Shown here one piece after another: positions 8,330-17,196 of a stretch of DNA of 40,588 nt. The position numbers and the translations under genes were made by a program. The notes under the pieces were generated by a model. That model made no database searches. It saw only the letters and a list, made by a program, of their open reading frames with translations, and was not told where the DNA came from. The DNA is taken from IMG/VR virus record IMGVR_UViG_3300031965_000076, positions 1-40,588 of that record. The stretch is one strand, 5' to 3'. Position 1 is the first letter of the stretch; each line of letters opens with the position of its first letter. Origin of the DNA: a virus (Duplodnaviria > Caudoviricetes).

Positions 8330-8736
8330 GGCTCGACGACGTCATGAAGGAAGCTGCGGCAGTCCTGGCCGGGATCACCGGGCTGCGGGTGTTCGACTAC
8401 CCGGTAGAGAGCCTGACGCCGCCGGCCGGGTACGTGTCCTACCCGCGGTCGGTCGACTACCAGCAGGCATACCAGCAGGGTGAGACCGGATACACGGACC
8501 TGCCGATGGTGCTGGTCGTCGGTAAGGCCACGTCCCGGGCGGCCCGGGACACGGTCGCCGGGTGGACGGCGGATGCCGGCCCGCAATCGGTGATCGCGCA
8601 CATGGAGGCGCACACCTGGACGACGTGCGATGACCTCACCGTGACGTCGGCCGAGTTCGACGTCGAGAAGATCGGCGCCGTGCCCTACCTGACCGCCATG
8701 TTCAAAGCCACCGTAGTCGGCCCTGGAGGGACCTGA
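8326..8736 (+). CDS. Tail terminator-like protein
   Basis: 136 aa; ATGA-coupled; size and position between adaptor and tail tube genes; GLRVFDYP motif. Confidence 0.65.
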   Translation: MRLDDVMKEAAAVLAGITGLRVFDYPVESLTPPAGYVSYPRSVDYQQAYQQGETGYTDLPMVLVVGKATSRAARDTVAGWTADAGPQSVIAHMEAHTWTTCDDLTVTSAEFDVEKIGAVPYLTAMFKATVVGPGGT

Positions 8737-9245
8737 TGGCCACCACCCTGAAGACGACCGTGACCGCGCAGATCGACGCGGTGTACAAGAACGTACTCGA
8801 CTTGGGTACCCCGACCGACGCGTTCCTGAAGAAGACGAAGATCGACCTGTCCAACGGGACCGGCGCGAACAGCGCAGACCTGATGTTCCACGACCAGCGG
8901 ACCCTGGCCGCGTCCGGCACCGAGGATCTGGACCTGGCCGGGTCGCTGGCCAACGCGTACGGGACCACGCTGACGTTCGTCGAGGTCCGTGCGGTGCTGA
9001 TCTCGGCGGCGACGGCGAACACGAACAACGTCAACGTGACCCGGCCCGCGTCGAACGGGGTGCCGCTGTTCCTCGCGGCCGGCGACGGCATCCCGGTGCC
9101 GCCCGGCGGCGTCTTCATGTGGTCGTGCCCGGCCGACGGCAAGGTCGCCGTGACCGCGTCCACCGGTGACCTGCTGACCATCACCAACTCGTCCTCGGGC
9201 ACGAGCGTCACCTATGACGTCGTGATCGTCGGCACCAGCGCGTAA
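8736..9245 (+). CDS. Virion structural protein
   Basis: 169 aa Thr/Ala/Gly-rich beta protein within the tail module. Confidence 0.65.
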   Translation: MATTLKTTVTAQIDAVYKNVLDLGTPTDAFLKKTKIDLSNGTGANSADLMFHDQRTLAASGTEDLDLAGSLANAYGTTLTFVEVRAVLISAATANTNNVNVTRPASNGVPLFLAAGDGIPVPPGGVFMWSCPADGKVAVTASTGDLLTITNSSSGTSVTYDVVIVGTSA

Positions 9246-9256
9246 GGGAGGGCATC

Positions 9257-9658
9257 GTGGCGCGCGTACACAGCAAGCAAACCGTCATCATCATCGACGG
9301 CAACGACGTCTCGGAGTACTGCACCGACAGCAGCTGCGAGGAGTCCAGTGGTACCGAGGACAACACCACGTACGGCAAGAACAGTCTGGTGTTCGACCCG
9401 ACGCTGGGCACCGGCGCGTTCTCCTGCTCCGGCAAGTACGACTCGGCTGCGGGTGGTCCGCGGGCCGTCCTGAAGCCGCTGAAGGGCACGAAGGTGACCA
9501 TCGTGTACCGGCCGGAGGGCACCGGCAGCGGCCTGCCGCAGGACAGCTTCGACGCGGTGATCACCGGCTACACGGAGACCGCCCCGGTGGCCGGGTACCG
9601 GACGTGGGCGTTGGCTACTCAGCCGTCAGACGACTGGGACTCGGCGGACCAGGCATGA
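9257..9658 (+). CDS. Major tail (tube) protein
   Basis: 133 aa; IIIDGNDVSEY...EDNTTYG...YRPEGTGSG pattern; immediately precedes the tail chaperone. Confidence 0.75.
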   Translation: MARVHSKQTVIIIDGNDVSEYCTDSSCEESSGTEDNTTYGKNSLVFDPTLGTGAFSCSGKYDSAAGGPRAVLKPLKGTKVTIVYRPEGTGSGLPQDSFDAVITGYTETAPVAGYRTWALATQPSDDWDSADQA

Positions 9659-10014
9659 CCGAGTACGCGAGCGCCGATGAGCTGGCCGAGGGCGACCTCG
9701 GCGACGGCGAGGATCTGACCCTGCCGTCCGGCAAGAAGGTCAGAGTCCGCGGGCTGACCAGGTATGAGTCGATGTTCAGCGCCAAGGGGCTGATGGACTC
9801 CGACGGGGTCCTCACCGACATCGCGCTGTACGAGCGCAGGCAGGTCGTCGCCTGCGTGGTCCAGCCGAAACTGACCCTGGCGCAGGTCGAGAAGTGGCAG
9901 CGCAAGTCGGGGGCGAACGGCGACCTGAAAGTCCTGATGGACCACATCAAGGCGTTGAGCGGGCGCGGCGAGGGTGCCGACAAAAGCGATCCGGGAGCAG
10001 CTGGAGACGACTGA
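9655..10014 (+). CDS. Tail assembly chaperone (gpG-like)
   Basis: 119 aa; KVRVRGLTR motif; ends ...GADKS...; located between tail tube and tape measure. Confidence 0.8.
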   Translation: MTEYASADELAEGDLGDGEDLTLPSGKKVRVRGLTRYESMFSAKGLMDSDGVLTDIALYERRQVVACVVQPKLTLAQVEKWQRKSGANGDLKVLMDHIKALSGRGEGADKSDPGAAGDD

Positions 10015-10168
10015 CCTGGGATTCGAGTACCAGCTGGCCGACTGGCTGAAGATCGGCACCGTCGGAGAGCTACGTCGGCGGATGCCGAACGCGGAGTTCG
10101 AGACGTGGAAGGTGTTCCACGCCATGCGGGCGCAGCAGATCGAGTTGGAGAACGCGAAGAGGGGGTGA
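9983..10168 (+). CDS. Frameshifted extension of the tail assembly chaperone (gpT-like)
   Basis: Overlapping +1-frame ORF LADWLKIGTVGELRRRMPNAEFETW with no RBS of its own; entered at GAC AAA AGC. Confidence 0.7.
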   Translation, partial: KAIREQLETTDLGFEYQLADWLKIGTVGELRRRMPNAEFETWKVFHAMRAQQIELENAKRG

Positions 10169-10172
10169 CCGG

Positions 10173-10589
10173 GTGGAAGAGCTGAAGGTCTCCGTGACCG
10201 GCCTCGCCGCGCTCAACAAGGGCCTGCGCGCCGTTGACGCCGGCGCCCCGAAGGAGCTGCGGCTGGCGCTCAACGCCGCGGCGCAGCTGCTCGTCGACGA
10301 GACCAGGCCGGAAATCCCCGCGGTGTCCGGCGCTGCCCGCCGCTCCCTGGTCGCCCGGTCGACGCGCACTTCCGCCCGGGTCGCGGCCGGCGGGAAGAAG
10401 GCGCCCTGGTATCCGTGGCTGGACTTCGGCGGTGAGGGCCGGGTCAAGGGCCGCCCGGTCAAGCGTGAGTTCATCCGCGAGGGCCGCTACATCTACCCGA
10501 CGCTGCGGCGGATCCGCCCCCGGATCGAGGCGCAGTTGCAGAAGTCGCTGTCCGCGGTCGTCCGTAACGCGGGGCTGGTGGAGGACTGA
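10173..10589 (+). CDS. HK97 gp10-like tail completion/neck protein
   Basis: 138 aa basic protein with VTGLAAL, PAVSGAARRS, YPWLDFGG and RYIYPTL motifs. Confidence 0.75.
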   Translation: MEELKVSVTGLAALNKGLRAVDAGAPKELRLALNAAAQLLVDETRPEIPAVSGAARRSLVARSTRTSARVAAGGKKAPWYPWLDFGGEGRVKGRPVKREFIREGRYIYPTLRRIRPRIEAQLQKSLSAVVRNAGLVED

Positions 10590-11968
10590 TGCCCAACACG
10601 ATGAGTCTGGAGTTCGCCGGGGACGCCGCGAAGCTCCAGAAGGCGGCTAAGCAGGCGACGGCGGCGACTGACGACGTCGCGGCCGCGGCGAAGAACGCCG
10701 GCACGGACTTCGACCAGGCAGGCAAGTCCTCGAAGTCCTTCAACGACAAGATCGGGTCGCTCGGCGCCGGCGTCACCGGCATGACCGACGCGATCGAGTC
10801 CGCCGCTGGCGCGGTGCAGGGCCTCGCCGATTTCCAGCAGGCCGGTGCGCAGCGGGCGTCGCGGCTGGCCCGGGCGAACGCCGACGTCGAGCAGGCGATG
10901 CTCGACGGCGAGCAGGCCGCGATCGACCTGGAGCAGGCCACCGTCGACCTCACTCAGGCCCAGGCGGACGGTCGGCAGGCCGGCCTGGACCTGAAGCAGG
11001 CGCAGATCGATGTGACTCAGTCTCAGCTCGACTCCAAGATGGCGTTCGACGAGTACAACGCAGCCGTCAAGGAATTCGGGGTGAACTCCGACGAGGCGAA
11101 GCAGGCGCAGCTCGATCTGACGCAGGCGAACCACGACGAGAACCAGGCCCTGGAGGATGTTGAGCAGGCCCGGATCGATGCGAATCAGGCGCTGGTCGAC
11201 GGCAAGCAGTACGCCAACGACGCGACCCAGGCGGTCCGGGACGGTAAGGACGCGCAGCTCAACCTCAACGATGCGTTGCGTGAGGCAAACCCGACCGGTC
11301 TGCAGCAGTGGGCCGACAAGCTCAACATGATCACGCCGCTGTTGACCGCCGTCGTCGGTGTGGTCGCGCTGGTCACGGCCGCGCAGTGGGCGTGGAACGC
11401 GGCCCAGTTGGCCTCTCCGCTGACGTGGATCGTCCTGGGTATCGTCGCCCTGATCGCCGTGATCGTGTTGATCGCGACGAAGACGGACTGGTTCCAGCGG
11501 GCGTGGCGGAACACCTGGTCGTGGGTCACCCGCGCGGCCCGGAACTCGTGGGACTTCCTGAAGAAGATCCCCGGCTGGATCGGGTCGGCGTTCTCCAAGG
11601 TCGCCGGGTTCATCTCCGCCCCGTACCGGGCCGCGTTCAACATGATCTCGACCGCGTGGAACAACACGATCGGCCGGCTGTCGTGGACGGTGCCCGGATG
11701 GATTCCCGGGATCGGCGGCTACCACATCTCCGTGCCGAATCTGCCGAAGTTCCACGCCGGCGGCATCGTGCCGGGCGCGCCGGGTACGGAGGTTCCCATC
11801 CTGGCGATGGCCGGTGAGACCGTAACCCCAGCCGGTCGGGGCGGTGGCGACATCGTGATCCGGTCGGGAGGTTCTGAGCTCGATGACGTGCTGGTCGAGA
11901 TCCTGGCCCGGGCGATTCGTCGCCGTGGTGGCAACGTTCAGCGTGTTCTCGGCGGCGCCAATGCCTAG
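10589..11968 (+). CDS. Tape measure protein (short)
   Basis: 459 aa Ala/Gln-rich helical protein with QA..D repeats, a hydrophobic segment, Trp-periodic repeats and C-terminal FHAGGIV...MAGETV. Confidence 0.9.
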   Translation: MPNTMSLEFAGDAAKLQKAAKQATAATDDVAAAAKNAGTDFDQAGKSSKSFNDKIGSLGAGVTGMTDAIESAAGAVQGLADFQQAGAQRASRLARANADVEQAMLDGEQAAIDLEQATVDLTQAQADGRQAGLDLKQAQIDVTQSQLDSKMAFDEYNAAVKEFGVNSDEAKQAQLDLTQANHDENQALEDVEQARIDANQALVDGKQYANDATQAVRDGKDAQLNLNDALREANPTGLQQWADKLNMITPLLTAVVGVVALVTAAQWAWNAAQLASPLTWIVLGIVALIAVIVLIATKTDWFQRAWRNTWSWVTRAARNSWDFLKKIPGWIGSAFSKVAGFISAPYRAAFNMISTAWNNTIGRLSWTVPGWIPGIGGYHISVPNLPKFHAGGIVPGAPGTEVPILAMAGETVTPAGRGGGDIVIRSGGSELDDVLVEILARAIRRRGGNVQRVLGGANA

Positions 11969-14114
11969 CCAGGACGTCACCTTCGAGCTCTACTACGACG
12001 CCGCCTGGCACGACATCACCGTCGACGATGACGTCTTCTCGGGCGACCCGATCACCATCAGGCGCGGGCAGGGCGACGAGTCCCCGGCGCCGCGGCCGGC
12101 GCAGATCACGGCGCAGCTCGACAACCGCGAGGACCGGTACCGCACCAGTAACCCGGAGTCGCCGCTGTACGACAAGGCCGGGCGGAACACCCCGGCCAGG
12201 GTGTCGGTGGGTGGGAAAGTCCGCGGTGTCGTCGAGGCGTCGTCATGGTCGAGCGACCAGGATCGGGACTTCCGGCGCATACCGCGGCGTGGCCGGGCCT
12301 GGACAGACGTCGAGGGCGGCGGCCTGCTGCAGCGGATCGGGCAGTGGACGGAGCCGCTGAAGTCCGCGTTCCGGGCGTACAACGAGGGCCTGTCGAACGT
12401 CACCGCCTATTTTCCGGCAGAGCAGCCGCGGACCACCGCCGTGCCCGAGCCGACCTTCCCCGGGCCACAGGGGTTCGCGTTCTCCGGTGGCGTCGAGTTC
12501 GACAGCCAGAGCTGCCCGCCGTCGTCCGCCCCGCTGATGGACATCAACGAGAACGGCGGCGTCAACCTCTACACCGGCGTCACCCCGTCGTCCACCAGCA
12601 CGACCGGATGGCAGCACTCCTGGGTCCAGCGCCTCGAGCCGCTCACGTCCGCAGACACGTTCATGTACTCCTGGAACACCTCCGGTGGTGGCGGCGCCGG
12701 GGACGCGTTCCAGATCGTGATCCTGCCCAGCACCGGGGAGATCCAGCTGCAGGGGTCGAACAGCGCGGTAGCGCCCGGCTTCTGGCTCGACGTGACCAAG
12801 ACGACGGACGACTACGACTTCACCGAGTGGACGCTCTGGACGGTCGACGCCACGTATTCCGGCGGTACCACGACGCTGTACGTCAACTGGACGAACGTCG
12901 ACAACACCGAGAGCCGGTTCATGTCCGGCACGTTCGCGCACGCGCCGGGGTCGTTCGACAGCTCCGCGGTCTCGGCCAGCACGGCAGAGGGCGACGTACC
13001 CGAGGGGTCGACCTTCGGTCATTTCCTGACCGTCGACGTCGGGTCGGACGGCGGTGTCGACCTGTACGGCGTGGCCAGGATCTCCGCGTGGACCGGGCAT
13101 CTCGGAGAGCGCACCGCCGAGCGCTTCTACCGGCTGCTCACGGCTGCGGGTATCACGAGCTACGTCAGCACGAACTGGGCCCTGTCGATGCCGATGGGCG
13201 CGCAGCCCGTGGCCACACTGTCCGAGCACCTGGAAGAGATCCAGCAGACCGAGGACGGGCTGATCTACGACCTGCGGACGGACGCCGCGATCTTCTTCCT
13301 GTGCCGGGTCGACCGCTACAACCTGACGCCCGCGCTGACGCTGACGCCCGAGGATCTGCCCGCGCCGCCCCGCGAGGTCACCGACGACCTGCGGACCCAC
13401 AACATCGTGACGGCCGCCGACCGGCAGGGCCTGGAGGCGACCGCCGAGGACTCCACCAGTCCGCTGGGCAGCCAGGCGCCGCCGGACGGTGCGGGCGAGT
13501 ACAAGCAGCGGGTCGACGTCAACCTCGACGACAAGACGACCCTGCCGCAGGTGGCGAACTGGTGGCTGCGGCGCGGCACGGTGAACCTGCCCCGGTTCCC
13601 GCAGGTGACCGTCAACCTCGCCGCCCTGGACGCGTCGAAGTTGGCCGAGGTCGAAGCCGTCGACATCGGCGACGTCATCGAGATCACCGGGTTCCGGGAG
13701 TACACGATCCGGCTGCACGTGCTCGGCTACACGGAGACGATCGGCTGGCCGATCGCGCGCCGGATCGTGTTCGTCTGCGCCCCCGATCAGCAGTTCGCCG
13801 GCGGCGAGTACGACGACGGCGTGGCCCGCTACGACTCCGCGTCGACCACGGTCAAGACGGCGCTCGGGCTCGCGGACACCGCGGTCACGTTCCGGACCGT
13901 CAACGAGCTCGAGCTGTGGTCCACCGCGGGCACCCCGTACGACGTGGTCATCGCCGGGCAGCGGTCCACCGTCACCAGCATGGGCGCGGCGTCGCTGGTG
14001 TCCGGCGCCTACGACCAGGCCGCCACCGTGACCCGCGGCGTCGACGGCGTCCGCAAGACGATCGACGCGGGAGAGCCCATCCACGTCGCCACGCCAGGGA
14101 GGTACGCGCTGTGA
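11961..14114 (+). CDS. Minor tail / baseplate hub protein with a lectin-like central domain
   Basis: 717 aa directly after the tape measure; ITIRRG-DE and LDNREDRY N-terminal motifs, Ser/Thr/Trp-rich centre, C-terminal VTRGVDG. Confidence 0.8.
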   Translation: MPSQDVTFELYYDAAWHDITVDDDVFSGDPITIRRGQGDESPAPRPAQITAQLDNREDRYRTSNPESPLYDKAGRNTPARVSVGGKVRGVVEASSWSSDQDRDFRRIPRRGRAWTDVEGGGLLQRIGQWTEPLKSAFRAYNEGLSNVTAYFPAEQPRTTAVPEPTFPGPQGFAFSGGVEFDSQSCPPSSAPLMDINENGGVNLYTGVTPSSTSTTGWQHSWVQRLEPLTSADTFMYSWNTSGGGGAGDAFQIVILPSTGEIQLQGSNSAVAPGFWLDVTKTTDDYDFTEWTLWTVDATYSGGTTTLYVNWTNVDNTESRFMSGTFAHAPGSFDSSAVSASTAEGDVPEGSTFGHFLTVDVGSDGGVDLYGVARISAWTGHLGERTAERFYRLLTAAGITSYVSTNWALSMPMGAQPVATLSEHLEEIQQTEDGLIYDLRTDAAIFFLCRVDRYNLTPALTLTPEDLPAPPREVTDDLRTHNIVTAADRQGLEATAEDSTSPLGSQAPPDGAGEYKQRVDVNLDDKTTLPQVANWWLRRGTVNLPRFPQVTVNLAALDASKLAEVEAVDIGDVIEITGFREYTIRLHVLGYTETIGWPIARRIVFVCAPDQQFAGGEYDDGVARYDSASTTVKTALGLADTAVTFRTVNELELWSTAGTPYDVVIAGQRSTVTSMGAASLVSGAYDQAATVTRGVDGVRKTIDAGEPIHVATPGRYAL

Positions 14115-14638
14115 CCGTCTTCGCCGGGGATCCGATCTACGCGTCCGACATCAACGACATCATCGCCACCATCCCGCTGACCTACACCAAGTCGGCGGTC
14201 GAGTCGCGGAACACCACGACGACGCTGGCCGACGACACGCACCTGGTGAGCATCCCCCTGGAGATCGGCACGTACGACATCGAGCTGGTGATGTTCTACA
14301 CGCTGTCCACCACGACCACGCAGAAGATCAAGACGCGGTGGGCGTTCACCGGCACGTGGGCGTCCACCACTCGCGCCTGTATCGGCCCCGGCTCGGCGAA
14401 CACCGCAGCCCCGAACGACGCGGCAGAGGTGACCCTGCGGGGCTACGTCTCCGACACCCAGGACGCCATCTACGACTCGTCGACGTCCGGGGCGTACTCC
14501 GTCGTCCGCGAGGTCGCCAAGGGCGTTGTCGTCACCGTCGCCGGGAACCTGTCCCTGCAGTGGGCGCAGAACGCCTCGTCCGCGAACAACACCAACGTGC
14601 AGGCCGGCTCGGCGTTCACCACCATCAAGACCGCCTGA
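14111..14638 (+). CDS. Tail fibre / receptor-binding-like protein
   Basis: 175 aa from GTGA-coupled start; FAGDPIYASDIND N-terminus and GNLSLQWAQNASSANNT motif. Confidence 0.7.
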   Translation: MTVFAGDPIYASDINDIIATIPLTYTKSAVESRNTTTTLADDTHLVSIPLEIGTYDIELVMFYTLSTTTTQKIKTRWAFTGTWASTTRACIGPGSANTAAPNDAAEVTLRGYVSDTQDAIYDSSTSGAYSVVREVAKGVVVTVAGNLSLQWAQNASSANNTNVQAGSAFTTIKTA

Positions 14639-14649
14639 GGAGGCGCACC

Positions 14650-14976
14650 GTGAAGACACTCACCTGGCAGGCGGTCGGACTGATCGCCGTGCTCGGCGCG
14701 GTCACGACCGGCCTGGCCGCGTTCACCGACTGGGACTCGGCCGCCATCATCGCGGTCGTCAGCATCCTGGGCGGCATCGGCGGCGGCGCCGCGGTCGCCG
14801 GCGGCGTGTCCGGCCGCGTCGAGCAGCTCCAGGCGGAGACGACCGCGCAGACGTCCACGCTGGAGACCATCGGCCGGCGCGTCAACGGCGAGCTCGACGC
14901 CCGCATCGCCGAGGCCGTGCAGAAGGGCAACGCCGACCTGTTGGCCCAGCTCGTGCAGCGCGGGGTGATCCGCTGA
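14650..14976 (+). CDS. Two-TM membrane protein (holin-like)
   Basis: 108 aa; two hydrophobic helices followed by coiled coil (VNGELDARI); GAGGAGG RBS; precedes the endolysin. Confidence 0.65.
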   Translation: MKTLTWQAVGLIAVLGAVTTGLAAFTDWDSAAIIAVVSILGGIGGGAAVAGGVSGRVEQLQAETTAQTSTLETIGRRVNGELDARIAEAVQKGNADLLAQLVQRGVIR

Positions 14977-15782
14977 TGGCTGCCGACTGGTATCTGGCGC
15001 CGGCGCTGGTCGACCTGCGCGCCGAGCTGAACACGCTGAACCCGGACCGCGACAAGCGGTCGGACGGCACGATCGGTGACGCCGCGCACGCCGCCACGTC
15101 CAGCAAGCACAACCCGAACAGCGCCGGCGCCGTCCGGGCGTTCGACTGCGACAGGACCGGCCCGTGGCCGGGGCGCACCTTCGACGAGATCGTCGCCGTG
15201 GTGGTGACCCGGCACCGGTCCGGTGTCGACGACCGGCTGCAGAACGTCATCTGGAATCGGCGGGTCGCGTCGCGGTCGTGGGGCTGGACGTGGCGGGCGT
15301 ACAGCGGGACCAACGCGCACACCGAGCACGCGCACTTCGAGGTCCGTGACCTCGCCTACTACTGGAACAAGCACGGCCCGTTCGGGCTGCTCGAGGAGGA
15401 CGACGTGACGAAGACCGAGTTCACCGCCTGGATGACCGAGTGGGCGAAGTCCGCGGCGGGCCGCGAGGCCCTGGCCGTGGCGGTCCTGGCCCACGACCCG
15501 GGCGTCGACGCGGCCGGCAAGGTCAAGCCGGGCGGTGTGCAGAACCCGGACCCTGCCGGCTTCAAGGGCAACCCGACGTTCGGCCCGGCGTACGCGCTGA
15601 ACCGGGCGGTGGTCGCGGCGACAGTGGCATACCAGGTCCGGGACCGGGTGGACGCCCTCGCAGCACAGGTGGGAGCCCTAGCAGCGGCGACCCTGCCCGC
15701 GGACACGCCGGTCACGGCAGAGCAGCTGCAGGCGGCGATCGTCGGCGCGCTGCGCGAGCTCGCCGCCGGTTCGCCGACGTGA
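14976..15782 (+). CDS. Endolysin, Zn-peptidase (M15-like) N-terminal domain
   Basis: 268 aa; DGTIGD..H...SKHNP...VRAFD and HTEHAH motifs; located in the lysis cassette. Confidence 0.8.
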   Translation: MAADWYLAPALVDLRAELNTLNPDRDKRSDGTIGDAAHAATSSKHNPNSAGAVRAFDCDRTGPWPGRTFDEIVAVVVTRHRSGVDDRLQNVIWNRRVASRSWGWTWRAYSGTNAHTEHAHFEVRDLAYYWNKHGPFGLLEEDDVTKTEFTAWMTEWAKSAAGREALAVAVLAHDPGVDAAGKVKPGGVQNPDPAGFKGNPTFGPAYALNRAVVAATVAYQVRDRVDALAAQVGALAAATLPADTPVTAEQLQAAIVGALRELAAGSPT

Positions 15783-16078
15783 CCAGCACGCCCGACTCAG
15801 GCAGCGGTGTGGTCATCACGCTGGCCGACATCTACCGGCAGATCATCACGCTGACGTCGCGGGTGGACTCGTCGCTGGCCCGCGCGGATCAGGCGGATCG
15901 GATCATCGCCGAGCACGAGGCGGACCTGAGGCCGCTGGTCGGTGCGCACGACAAGCTGCTGGATCACGAGGGCAGGCTGCGGGCGATCGAGCGGACCCGC
16001 TGGCCGCTGAGTTCGCTGACGATCCTGATCGCGCTGGCGTCGCTGGGTGTGGCGGTCGCGGTGGCGCTTACCCGCTGA
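15779..16078 (+). CDS. Coiled-coil protein with C-terminal TM (lysis accessory)
   Basis: 99 aa; ITLADIY...DHEGRLRAIERTRW followed by a hydrophobic helix. Confidence 0.7.
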   Translation: MTSTPDSGSGVVITLADIYRQIITLTSRVDSSLARADQADRIIAEHEADLRPLVGAHDKLLDHEGRLRAIERTRWPLSSLTILIALASLGVAVAVALTR

Positions 16079-16150
16079 GGCGTTCCTTGTACAGCCGGGC
16101 CGTATGCCGAACCTTCGGCCCGTTCCTTGCATCCCAAGATCGGAGTAGCC

Positions 16151-16378
16151 ATGTCCGTTACCGCCAAGGTCACCTGCCACCTCAAGAACGAGAGTGGCGA
16201 GGGCGACAACCGTCAGGTGCAGGTCAGCTTCCTGCCCGACTACGCCGACGGCCGCAACAAGGAGTGGTCGCTCTACACCCCGTCGTTGTCGCTGTCGATG
16301 ACGCTCAAGGGCGCGGTCGCCGACCGGTTCGACGTCGGCAAGGCGTACACGCTCACCTTCACGCCCGAGGAGGGCTGA
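16151..16378 (+). CDS. Small conserved hypothetical phage protein
   Basis: 75 aa; GGAG RBS; AKV...NKEWSLYTPS...GKAYTLTF pattern. Confidence 0.7.
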   Translation: MSVTAKVTCHLKNESGEGDNRQVQVSFLPDYADGRNKEWSLYTPSLSLSMTLKGAVADRFDVGKAYTLTFTPEEG

Positions 16379-16380
16379 CC

Positions 16381-16599
16381 ATGCTCAGTGCAAGCTTCTG
16401 GAAGCAGGCCGCCGAGAGGGCGGCGAAGAGTGCCGCGCAGGCCCTGCTGGGGCTGTGGGCCCTGGACGGCGGCTTCAACGTCATCAACGTGGACCTGCCG
16501 CTCGCGGCCGGGGTCGCGGGTGGCGCGGCGGTGCTGTCGCTGCTGACGTCGATCGTGTCGGCGCCGTTCGGCGCCGACGACAGCCCGAGCGCAGTGTGA
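16381..16599 (+). CDS. Holin, r1t-like family
   Basis: 72 aa; FWKQAAERAAKSAAQA...LSLLTSIVS signature of r1t-type holins. Confidence 0.85.
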   Translation: MLSASFWKQAAERAAKSAAQALLGLWALDGGFNVINVDLPLAAGVAGGAAVLSLLTSIVSAPFGADDSPSAV

Positions 16600-16710
16600 T
16601 GCCGTAGCCTGATCCACGGACGGCAGGGGTCGCCACCGGCTCACCTACGGTGCGCAGAGCGCCGGAACACGCTGGCCGACCCTGGGCCCCTGCCCCCGCC
16701 AAGCACCATC

Positions 16711-16753
16711 GCGCCGCCCCACCTGAAGCCTCCGGGCTCAGGTGGGGCGGCGC
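16711..16753. terminator. Strong hairpin between convergent late and accessory operons
   Basis: GCGCCGCCCCACCTG...CAGGTGGGGCGGCGC 15-bp stem. Confidence 0.75.
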
Positions 16754-16768
16754 TTCGCTGTGCCCGGA

Positions 16769-17196
16769 TCACCCCGCCCGGCGTGTGGCGCGCTCAACTC
16801 GGGCGTTCTCGCGCCGCAACGCCTCCTCGACGTAGGCGGTCATCGTGATACGCCGAGCTGCTTGGCCAGGGCCTCGCCCTGCGTCCAGGTGTCGCCGATG
16901 CGGACGTTGCGCTTCGGGGTGACGCCGGTCTTGGCGACGTTCCAAACCGCCCTCTCGCTGCGGATCGCCTGCGTCTCCTCGACCTCTGCGGACTGTCGGT
17001 TGTTGCGCCAGACGACATCGGCATGTGCGGCCAGCGGCCACCACGGCGAGTGCTTCGAGTGCCACCTCCAGCGGGCCATCACGTCGTCCGCGATGCCGAC
17101 GTAGAGCAACTGCCCCTCCGGGTCGTAGAACCGGTAAACGGCGGTACGCCGGGCAGCCAGAGGGACCCTCGTCCCTTGCTCCTTTGGCGCGCTCAC
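16769..17196 (-). pseudogene. GIY-YIG nuclease fused to a C-terminal ribbon-helix-helix, with a frameshift in the RHH
   Basis: AVYRFYD...LLYVGIA...R...E..AI..E...WN GIY-YIG motifs; the ORF stops at 16840 (QLGVSR*), but another frame continues ITMTAYVEEALRRE to 16769 and completes the RHH. Confidence 0.7.

Noticed and set aside
10860-11280. Repeated CAGGC/GACCT words suggesting a repeat array or CRISPR
   Set aside because: They encode the QA..D periodicity of the tape measure; no constant repeat-spacer structure.
11961-14638. Diversity-generating retroelement targeting the tail genes
   Set aside because: No reverse transcriptase and no template/variable repeat pair seen.
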